Below, in pieces: positions 24,366 through 32,000 of a stretch of DNA of 32,000 nt (position 1 is the first letter of the stretch; each line of letters opens with the position of its first letter). This DNA comes from Desulfotalea psychrophila LSv54 (GTDB lineage Bacteria > Desulfobacterota > Desulfobulbia > Desulfobulbales > Desulfocapsaceae). The stretch lies in contig NC_006138.1 in assembly GCF_000025945.1 (NCBI RefSeq), positions 1,950,001 to 1,982,000 on the forward strand, in the 5' to 3' direction. The translations under genes were made by a program, and so were the position numbers. The notes below the pieces were generated by a model. That model ran no database searches and was not told the origin of the DNA. It saw only the letters and a list, made by a program, of their open reading frames with translations.

Positions 24366-27300
24366 AGTCGCCTCCCTCGTTCTGCTCGTAGTTGCTCTTC
24401 TTTGCCCTATTCTGGGCCTCTCTATTCCTGCCGGGGCCTCTTCTCTGCGTAGTCTGGTCTCAGACCTGAGTGGATGGGAGAGTCGTAGTACGGCAAGCGC
24501 TGGCGCTGAGCAGGCGGCCAGCTATATTGAGAAGAGACTCTCCGACCTGGGCCTATCGCCCCAGAGTTATTACTATCAGATAGCAAAGAGGCAGGTGGGA
24601 CAATCCACCCTGCAGATGGATGGTAGGCAGTACCCTCTCAAACCATTTTTTTATAATGCCATTACCCCCGAGAGTAGTGGGGAGACTCTCACCGGGCCTG
24701 TATATTATCTGGGCTCAGGTAGCCTTGCTCAACTGGACGGCATACCTATAAAAGACTCTATCATCCTCCTCGATTTTGCCTCGGCCAGAAACTGGCAGAG
24801 AGTTGCCTCCCTGGGAGCAAGGGCTATTATCTATCTCGGCCGTGGAGGGGAGAGTAGATTTTCCTTTCAGGAGAAGCAAGAGCTGAGTCCCCTGCAACTG
24901 CCCTGTTACTGGATGCCCAGAGAGGATGCTGAGGCATTTTTTGCCCGTCCGCTCAAGAAAGCAGATAGGGTTGCTAGCCAGATAAAGATCAGTACAGATA
25001 TAGGTTGGGAAAACAGCCTGAGTCGTAATATCTATGCCTTTATCCCCGGCACGGAGAGTGGCCAAGATCAGGAACTCCTCCTTCTTGAGGCATTTTACGA
25101 TGACGAGGAGATGGTCTATCGGGACTCTCCCGGAGCAGATGCCGCCCTCTCGATTGCCTCCCTGCTTGATGTTGCAGAAAATTTGGTGCAGACGCCGCCT
25201 AAACGTTCGGTTTTGCTTTTGGCCACCAGTGGTAATAGCCAGTCCTTGGCCGGTATGCGTGATGCCATCTGGAGTATAGTAAGTAGGGGCAAGGACCTGA
25301 AAAAAGAGGATTCCAGGTTGAATGGGGGCATTGCCCAAAAAGAACAGACACTGCTTGCCCTGCAAGATATTCGTTTTCCCCTGCCGGCAGATAAGGTGCG
25401 GGACAGACTTCTGCGTGGGGCAATAGCTCAGACCCTGAGCAGTCATATAGACAACCTCTCTCGCCGGGTGATGGAACTTCGTCTTGGAGAAAAGAGCAAG
25501 CTGCGCCGGCAGCAGATAAAAAAATTGGCCGCCGAACGTCTGCTCTATAAGCAACTCAGTTGGCAGAGTCACTACCATGATCTCGATGGCAAAAAGGAGA
25601 GGCTGCTCCAGGGCCTGCTCCCTCAAGTAATTCTCTCCTATAAAAGGGGGATTGAGGGCTTGGCTGTGCAGAAAAAATGCCTTGATTCGGCCCTTGCCTT
25701 TCGCCGGCAGGTAAAGGAGTATCGGCTGGCCGCCGCCATCAGCCTCCACCTTTCGGGGCATGGGACAGGCATTGGTGCATTTCACCGTGGTTGGCTCTAT
25801 CCCCTTAAATCCTCCGTTAACCGTACGGGTATCTATAGTCTCATCGCCGACGTTCTGGAGGAATCTAATCTTCAAGGGGGGAGGGCAGAGTATCAAAACA
25901 CCCTGCGTCCCACTCTGATGCGGAGTTGGAACTCCTGGTTTCTGGATAAACCCGCTTTGGGTGGAGAGGTCAGCTCTCTTGCCGGCCTGTTGGGCATTAG
26001 TCTGGTAACCACCGGAGATGCCAGGGCCCTGTGGGGAACGCCGGGAGATCTGGCAAAAAATATTGACTGGGATTATGTAGAGGGACAGAATGAACTGCTG
26101 CTTAGCCTGGTTAGGGGGCTCTGTGCCGCCCCTAGACTTGATATGGGCAGATTTCCCCGTAAGGGTTTTGCTCAACTGACAGGTAGGGCCAATCTTCTCC
26201 TGCAGGGAGAGCTCTTTGCCAGTTTTCCGGCTAAGGGAACAACCGTCCTCGCCTATCAGGGATTGGCCCGATACTATGCCATGGTTGATGGAGAGGGTTT
26301 ATTTCGGATTGTAGGCCTTGCCGATAAAAAGAATGTTGGAGATAAGGTTATTCTTGAGGGCTATCGTTTTGCCCCGGATGGCCGGGCCATTTGGGCCATA
26401 GATAAAAGGGATACGGGCAAGAGCAATTATAGAGTGAAGATGCTGCGGAAAAACATGCAGACGGATCTGACCATGTTCGCCTGCCAGCAGATCACCATCT
26501 TCGACCTTCTTGAACCACGTAATCTTGACTATATGACCAAAATACAGGTCTATGATGGCAGACGGGACGCCCCGCCTCAGCACTATTGGTACAGCAGGAT
26601 AGATACAAGGAAATCAGCTATCTGCTCTGTCTTTACAGAACCGGGAACGCCAGTTAAGCTCACCCTGTCAGACACCGTCCTTACCACCAAGATGCTCCTC
26701 ACTAACAGCCATGAGGAGAAGGTGGGAGGGGTAGGATTTAAGGGCAGTGATTATCCGCAGATAAATAGAACAGCGTATGCTGCTGCCAGGGACGCTTGGG
26801 CCTTGCTCGGGCCCCGAATAAAGAATCTCCAGAGCCATGGTATCTATGATAGCAGGATTGATGATCTCAAGGTGCGCGGTTTGCTTGCCCTGCACAATGC
26901 AGAGAGGGATTATCAAAACCTGAAATACTCATCGGCTCAGGAGGAGGCGGCCAGCTCTCTTGCCCTATCGACCAGGGTCTATACCGAGGTGGAAAAGACG
27001 CAGAAGGATGTTCTCTTTGGAGTGCTCTTTTATATAGCCCTCTTTGTCCCCTTTGCCTTTGTCATGGAACGCTTCATCTTTAACTATGCCCATATCTATA
27101 AGAGGATATCTGCCTTTCTCTTAATACTGTTCCTGCTTATTGCAATTATTTATCAGGTGCATCCGGCCTTTGAGCTTGCCTACAGTCCGCTTATTATTGT
27201 TCTCGCCTTTTTTATTATAGGGCTGTCACTGTTGGTTACCCTGATTATCTTCTTTCGTTTTGAAAGGGAGATGATCCGTCTTCAGAACCAGGCCAATCAC

Positions 27301-29109
27301 TATAGGCCGGAGGAGATCAGCCATTGGAAGGCCTTTGTCGCGGCCTTTTTTCTTGGTGTTTCTAATCTGCGTCGGCGGCGCTTGCGCACCATGCTGACCT
27401 GTCTGACCCTTATTATTCTCTCTTTTACCATCATGAGCTTTACCACCATTAAATCCGGTCAACAGCATCTCCGGCTGCCCTTTGGCGCCAAGGCCCCTTA
27501 TCAGGGTCTGCTTTTGGAAAAGAGGGATTGGAAAACCCTGCCGACGGATGCCACGGATATTCTTAAGAGCAGTATGGCAGGTAGTAGTAAAGCCGCGCCA
27601 CGGGCATGGTTGGAGGCGGTTCCTCCAACAAGACCTGTGCATGTTCCTCTGACTCGTGGGAATAAAAATATTGAAGTTAATGGCGTACTTGGTCTCAGTG
27701 TTAATGAGGCGGAGGTGACAGGCATATCCCGTCTCCTCACCACTGGTCATTGGTTTACCTCAGATAATGCTCAAAGTGTTATTCTGGCCGATGAGATTGC
27801 TGCAAAATTAGGGATTACTGGCATGAAGGATGCCCGGATACTGCTGTGGGGTATTCCATTTACTGTTATTGCCACCTTTGATAGTAAGGGCCTTGAGGCC
27901 ATGGCTGATCTTGATGGTGAAGCCCTTACCCCTGTCATCTTTCCTGAAGAACAGCAGCAGGAGTTGAGCGATGCCGAGCAGGAGGCCGTGGAACAGGGAG
28001 ATGATATACAGAGTTTTCAGAGCAGATATCAGCATATTGGTGCAGATAAAACTATCATCATTCCTGTCAATACCCTCCTGGCCGCCGGTGGTAGTCTGAA
28101 GAGTATTGCCATTCGTCCTGATTATCAGGAGGGGCAGGCTGGTGAGATTACTCGTGAGGCTGGCCTATTGGTAGATCGGTTCAACCTTGTCATCTTTGCC
28201 GGCGATGAGGATGGGGTCTGGCTCTATAATGCAACGGACACCATTAGCTATAGCGGTGTGCCCAATATTATTATTCCCCTTCTTATCTCTGTTTTTATTG
28301 TCCTTAATACCATGATCAGCTCTGTGCAGGAACGTCGGGGGGAGATAGGTGTTTATACCTCCATTGGCCTTGCCCCATCCCATGTAGCCTTTCTCTTTGT
28401 GGCGGAGGCCCTTGCCCTGGCGGTGGTTTCCGTGGTCATCGGCTATCTATTGGCCCAGATATCGGCCTACTTTCTCTCCACCACCTCCCTCTGGCAAGGC
28501 ATTACTGTTAATTACTCCTCTCTTGCTGGCGTTGCCTCCATGTTTCTTGTTATCATGGTGGTGCTTATCTCCGTTATCTATCCGGCCAGGATGGCCAGTA
28601 AAATTGCCATCCCCGATGTCAATAAGACCTTTTCTCTGCCCAAGGACGACGGGCACAGTATGAAGATTACCCTGCCCTTTCTTCTTAAGCAGAATGAGGC
28701 CGATAGTCTCGGCGGTTTCCTCTTCTCATATTTTAATGCTCACCTGGAAGTTTCCCATGGACTCTTTTCAACGGCCAAGCTCTCCCTTGAGAAAAATAGT
28801 GATAAGGAGGTCTACTGTTCCATTTGCTGCCAGACCTGGCTTGCCCCCTTTGATCTTGGCATTATGCAAGAGGTGGAGGTCACCTTGGAAAATGATAAGA
28901 CCTTTACCGATGATGATTTCTTGTCTGTTCAGGTGCATATAAGGCGGGAGGCTGGGGAGGTTGCCGCTTGGCGACGAATGAATACGGTTTTCTTCCATCA
29001 GTTGCGCAAACAACTCCTCGTCTGGCGCTCCCTTGATGGGGCGGGCCATTGCGAACAGGAGGCAATTTTTGCCGAAAAAACCGGCCTGCAAGGGAGCAGT
29101 CAATCATGA
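24355..29109 (+). CDS. 1584-aa fusion: N-terminal PA/M28 peptidase-like domain plus C-terminal FtsX-type permease and a cytoplasmic tail
   Basis: PA-like GKPVYYLGS...DSIILLDFA...ASLGARAIIYLG region and M28-like LLLLEAFYDDEEMVYRDSPGADAALSIASLLDVAENL; C-terminal MISSVQERRGEIGVYTSIGLAPSHVAFLFVAEALALAVVSVVIGYLL...IYPARMASKIAIPDV. Confidence 0.75.
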   Translation: MRHRVASLVLLVVALLCPILGLSIPAGASSLRSLVSDLSGWESRSTASAGAEQAASYIEKRLSDLGLSPQSYYYQIAKRQVGQSTLQMDGRQYPLKPFFYNAITPESSGETLTGPVYYLGSGSLAQLDGIPIKDSIILLDFASARNWQRVASLGARAIIYLGRGGESRFSFQEKQELSPLQLPCYWMPREDAEAFFARPLKKADRVASQIKISTDIGWENSLSRNIYAFIPGTESGQDQELLLLEAFYDDEEMVYRDSPGADAALSIASLLDVAENLVQTPPKRSVLLLATSGNSQSLAGMRDAIWSIVSRGKDLKKEDSRLNGGIAQKEQTLLALQDIRFPLPADKVRDRLLRGAIAQTLSSHIDNLSRRVMELRLGEKSKLRRQQIKKLAAERLLYKQLSWQSHYHDLDGKKERLLQGLLPQVILSYKRGIEGLAVQKKCLDSALAFRRQVKEYRLAAAISLHLSGHGTGIGAFHRGWLYPLKSSVNRTGIYSLIADVLEESNLQGGRAEYQNTLRPTLMRSWNSWFLDKPALGGEVSSLAGLLGISLVTTGDARALWGTPGDLAKNIDWDYVEGQNELLLSLVRGLCAAPRLDMGRFPRKGFAQLTGRANLLLQGELFASFPAKGTTVLAYQGLARYYAMVDGEGLFRIVGLADKKNVGDKVILEGYRFAPDGRAIWAIDKRDTGKSNYRVKMLRKNMQTDLTMFACQQITIFDLLEPRNLDYMTKIQVYDGRRDAPPQHYWYSRIDTRKSAICSVFTEPGTPVKLTLSDTVLTTKMLLTNSHEEKVGGVGFKGSDYPQINRTAYAAARDAWALLGPRIKNLQSHGIYDSRIDDLKVRGLLALHNAERDYQNLKYSSAQEEAASSLALSTRVYTEVEKTQKDVLFGVLFYIALFVPFAFVMERFIFNYAHIYKRISAFLLILFLLIAIIYQVHPAFELAYSPLIIVLAFFIIGLSLLVTLIIFFRFEREMIRLQNQANHYRPEEISHWKAFVAAFFLGVSNLRRRRLRTMLTCLTLIILSFTIMSFTTIKSGQQHLRLPFGAKAPYQGLLLEKRDWKTLPTDATDILKSSMAGSSKAAPRAWLEAVPPTRPVHVPLTRGNKNIEVNGVLGLSVNEAEVTGISRLLTTGHWFTSDNAQSVILADEIAAKLGITGMKDARILLWGIPFTVIATFDSKGLEAMADLDGEALTPVIFPEEQQQELSDAEQEAVEQGDDIQSFQSRYQHIGADKTIIIPVNTLLAAGGSLKSIAIRPDYQEGQAGEITREAGLLVDRFNLVIFAGDEDGVWLYNATDTISYSGVPNIIIPLLISVFIVLNTMISSVQERRGEIGVYTSIGLAPSHVAFLFVAEALALAVVSVVIGYLLAQISAYFLSTTSLWQGITVNYSSLAGVASMFLVIMVVLISVIYPARMASKIAIPDVNKTFSLPKDDGHSMKITLPFLLKQNEADSLGGFLFSYFNAHLEVSHGLFSTAKLSLEKNSDKEVYCSICCQTWLAPFDLGIMQEVEVTLENDKTFTDDDFLSVQVHIRREAGEVAAWRRMNTVFFHQLRKQLLVWRSLDGAGHCEQEAIFAEKTGLQGSSQS

Positions 29110-31112
29110 AAAATGAACAGTCCTCTGTCCCCGAAGTGGGGAATCGTGTTCGCCTGCGAGCCCCAATCATTGGCCTGCTCTTTGCCATGGGTATCTGCTT
29201 GCTCACGCCCTACAATAATATTTATCTACAGGCAACTCCGCTTGGTGGGGGGCATTTCCCCCTTGCTCCCTTTTTCTTGTTTCTAGGCCTCTCTGGTCTT
29301 ACCATCCTCTTGCAGGTTATCAGGGGCGGGGCAACTCTTTTGAGCGGTGGAGAGTTACTGACAATTTGGATTCAAGCGGTAATAGGATCCGGTATTGCCT
29401 ATACCGGTTTTGCCAGAACCTTTTTGATTAATATAACGACCCCTCTTCATTTTGCCGGTACAGAGAGTCGCTGGCAGGAAAATATTGACCCCCTTATCCC
29501 TGCGGGGCTTTTGCCCACGGACAAAGGGGCCATAGAGCTTTTGTATAATGGTATCCCCGGAGCACGAGAGGACAGCTGGCTCTCCATGCTTGGACAAATA
29601 CCCTGGCAGGCTTGGTTGCAGCCACTTTTCAGCTGGTCTGTCTATATCCTCCTGGCCTATCTGGTTATGATATTTTTGCTTAATATTATTGTCCGCCAGT
29701 GGATCTTTTATGAGCGGATGAATTTTCCGCTCTTGAAGGTACCACGGATGATTGCCCATGCTGTTAGTGAGGGAGAGGGGCTTGCATTTTTTACCAACCG
29801 TTTCTTGCTGATGGGTGTTCTTCTGCCGGTAATCCTCCACCTGCTGAATGGTCTGAACCTCTACTATCCATCGGTCCCCCAGATGCCGACCCTGCTCCTT
29901 GCCGGGCCTTATTTTGGCCAAACAGGAATTTTTTCTGGATTTCATAAGCTCAAGCTCTATTTCTTTCCTGCCTTTATAGGTTTTGCCTTTCTAACCTCAA
30001 GGCAAATTTCCTTCTCTTTTTGGTTTTTCTTTTTGGGTGGAGGGCTCTTTTATGGTCTCCTCAGTCTTCTCGGTTATTCACTGCCCGCCTCGGAACTGGG
30101 GGTAACCTTTGGCCCCACCATTACCCGGCCTGAAGAGATGCAGATGCTCGGAGCCTATGGAGTCTTTTTCTTCTCTCTGGTTTGGTTGGCCCGCTATCAT
30201 CTGCTGGATGTGACCCGTAGGTCTATCCTCTGGCAGAAGGCAGACAGTCCCGGGCCCGAGTGGCTCGATGTCAGGATTAGTTTCTGGGGTGCCATCATTG
30301 GCACAATAGCCCTTGTTTGTTGGTATGTATACTATGGCACTGCGCCCTTGGTTGCCGTTCTTCTTGTTTTCTCTTTTTTCATGATAACTATCGTTGCTAC
30401 CCGTGTTATTTGTCAGGGAGGCCTTGCCTATTTCACCCTGACAGCTGCTCCCATGGATGGCCTGATAGCCTTTTTGGGGCCTAAGTTTTTTACAGGGATA
30501 AACGCTCTCATTGCCGGTATCAGTCAAAAGGTGCTCTTTGTTGATCTGCGCGAATCGCTGATGCCCTCTCTTCTGCAAGCGGCCAGGGTGCAGCGAAGCA
30601 ATTGGCCCCGTGGGCTTCTCTTCTCCTCAATTCTTCTAACCATTGTTCTCTCTCTCTTTACCTCCTGCCTTGCCATGCTCACCCTCTGCTATCGTTTTGG
30701 TATCCGAGAGCTGCAACAGGATTGGGCCGCCACCACCAGTATTGCTGTCTATGAAAATATTTCCCGCCTGATGAATACTCCGCCGGAGACCGGGAGCTGG
30801 GTCTTTGGTTTTACCATGATGGGGGCGGTGGTTATGTTACTGCTCGTTGTCTGCTATCAGCGTCTGCACTGGTGGCCCCTTCATCCCCTCGGTTATCTCA
30901 CTGTTTATAGTTCGGCGATGCGTATTCTCTGGTTGAGCTTTTTTCTTGGCTGGTTATGCAATGCGCTCTGTATGCGCTACGGTGGAGTACGTCTCTTTAA
31001 AAAACTCCAGTTCTTTTTTATTGGTTTGATTATAGGTGACTTTAGCATGGGTGGTATTTGGGCCATTATCGGTCTCTTTACCCGTATGAGTTATCAGGTC
31101 CTGCCAAACTAA
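29106..31112 (+). CDS. Large polytopic membrane protein, OPT-transporter-like (DUF6785-like)
   Basis: 668 aa, more than ten hydrophobic segments; MNFPLLKVPRMIAHAV, ATRVICQGGLAYFTLTAAPMDGL. Starts inside the upstream stop (ATGA). Confidence 0.6.
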   Translation: MKNEQSSVPEVGNRVRLRAPIIGLLFAMGICLLTPYNNIYLQATPLGGGHFPLAPFFLFLGLSGLTILLQVIRGGATLLSGGELLTIWIQAVIGSGIAYTGFARTFLINITTPLHFAGTESRWQENIDPLIPAGLLPTDKGAIELLYNGIPGAREDSWLSMLGQIPWQAWLQPLFSWSVYILLAYLVMIFLLNIIVRQWIFYERMNFPLLKVPRMIAHAVSEGEGLAFFTNRFLLMGVLLPVILHLLNGLNLYYPSVPQMPTLLLAGPYFGQTGIFSGFHKLKLYFFPAFIGFAFLTSRQISFSFWFFFLGGGLFYGLLSLLGYSLPASELGVTFGPTITRPEEMQMLGAYGVFFFSLVWLARYHLLDVTRRSILWQKADSPGPEWLDVRISFWGAIIGTIALVCWYVYYGTAPLVAVLLVFSFFMITIVATRVICQGGLAYFTLTAAPMDGLIAFLGPKFFTGINALIAGISQKVLFVDLRESLMPSLLQAARVQRSNWPRGLLFSSILLTIVLSLFTSCLAMLTLCYRFGIRELQQDWAATTSIAVYENISRLMNTPPETGSWVFGFTMMGAVVMLLLVVCYQRLHWWPLHPLGYLTVYSSAMRILWLSFFLGWLCNALCMRYGGVRLFKKLQFFFIGLIIGDFSMGGIWAIIGLFTRMSYQVLPN

Positions 31113-31169
31113 GTTTTCGAGCCACCCTTTAGGGATAATGAAAGCCAGCAACCTCTTCTTTGGAAAATT

Positions 31170-32000
31170 ATGTACGATGATAAAGAGCTAAAAGAATATA
31201 GGGACCTGCTCCCGACTCCTACTCATTTTGAGGAGGGATTTGATTGGAAAACCATTATAGGCGCTGTTTTTATTGGTTTTTTGATGATGCCGGGATCCAT
31301 GTATCTGCAGTTGGTTATTGGCCAGGGTATTGGCCCTGCCGCCCGTTGGGTGACCATTATTCTTTTTGCTGAGATTGCCAAGAGGGCCCATTCGGAGCTT
31401 AAACAGCAGGAAATATTTTTGCTCTACTATATGGCAGGTGCAGCCCTTGCCTCGCCATTTTCCGGTCTTCTCTGGAACCAGTATCTGGTCCAGTCCGATG
31501 CCGCCAGGATGCTTGGGGTTACCGAATTCATCCCTGCCTGGATAGCTCCTTCTCCGGAATCAGAGTCCATGTTGGAGAGGACTTTTTTTCATCGAGACTG
31601 GATGATTCCCATCCTTCTCCTGGTGGGTTCCCAGATCATCCAGCGTATCGATCATTTTGGCTTGGGTTATGCCCTCTATAGAATCACCTCAGATGTGGAA
31701 AAACTTCCATTTCCCATGGCTCCGGTGGCGGCTCTTGGCACCATGGCCCTGGCTGAATCGGCCGAGGAGAAGGAGGGGAAGGGGAGTTGGAAGTGGAAGG
31801 TCTTTTCCATAGGGGCGGTCATAGGTCTGGGCTTTGGTGCCATCTATGTTGTTCTACCCATCGTCTCGGGACTCATCTTTACTGAACAGATCCGCCTCAT
31901 CCCCATTCCCTGGATTGAGTATACCCGCTATACCGAAGACATTCTGCCCGCTGTGGCCACCGGTCTCCAACTTGATCTTGGTCTGGTCTTTATCGGCATG
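31170..32000 (+). CDS. OPT-transporter-like membrane protein (DUF6784-like), continues past the window end
   Basis: Manual translation from ATG 31170: MYDDKELKEYRDLLPTPTHFEEGFDWKTIIGAVFIGFLMMPGSMYLQLVIGQGIGPAARWVTIILFAEIAKRAHSELKQQEIFLLYYMAGAALASPFSGLLWNQYLVQSDAARMLG...; open to base 32000. Absent from the ORF track because no stop is reached. Confidence 0.65.
   Translation, partial: MYDDKELKEYRDLLPTPTHFEEGFDWKTIIGAVFIGFLMMPGSMYLQLVIGQGIGPAARWVTIILFAEIAKRAHSELKQQEIFLLYYMAGAALASPFSGLLWNQYLVQSDAARMLGVTEFIPAWIAPSPESESMLERTFFHRDWMIPILLLVGSQIIQRIDHFGLGYALYRITSDVEKLPFPMAPVAALGTMALAESAEEKEGKGSWKWKVFSIGAVIGLGFGAIYVVLPIVSGLIFTEQIRLIPIPWIEYTRYTEDILPAVATGLQLDLGLVFIGM

Noticed and set aside
24715-26175. 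486-aa minus-strand ORF
   Set aside because: Antisense to the 1584-aa fusion gene, low-quality composition, no motif; shadow ORF.
31138-31191. 17-codon ORF MKASNLFFGKLCTMIKS overlapping the start of the last gene, with AGGG upstream
   Set aside because: Could be a leader peptide but too short and unsupported; noted only because ATG 31170 lacks a strong Shine-Dalgarno.

Overview
This 32 kb window is gene-dense and reads like the chromosome of a sulfate-reducing deltaproteobacterium (Desulfotalea-like; inference from gene content, no search was run). From left to right it contains:
(1) the start of a minus-strand homoserine dehydrogenase gene, adk, a cobA-hemD fusion gene, an odd 4Fe-4S/acyl-CoA-synthetase-like ORF, a CreA-like lipoprotein, and a glmU(short)-thiS-thiG-thiH-purH-like run;
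(2) a non-coding repeat-like block at 9.16-9.73 kb, a polyprenyl synthase, a DinG-like helicase, and heptanucleotide satellite arrays at 12.87-13.25 kb;
(3) a porin-like gene, then a REP/RAYT system: GTAG-headed palindromes around a frameshifted REP-associated tyrosine transposase;
(4) a VCBS/FG-GAP repeat protein and a five-gene saccharide cluster (two MurG-like GTs, one GT4-like GT, a histidine phosphatase, a deacetylase);
(5) an unusual transport operon: minimal FtsX permease, LolD-like ATPase, a 1584-aa fusion of a PA/M28-like peptidase domain (apparently inactive) with an FtsX permease, and two OPT-like membrane proteins, the second running off the window.
The best second-look candidates are the pseudo-peptidase/FtsX/OPT-like operon, the REP/RAYT region, the 3.2-3.7 kb chimeric ORF and the heptamer arrays. 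All family calls rest on motif recognition only.
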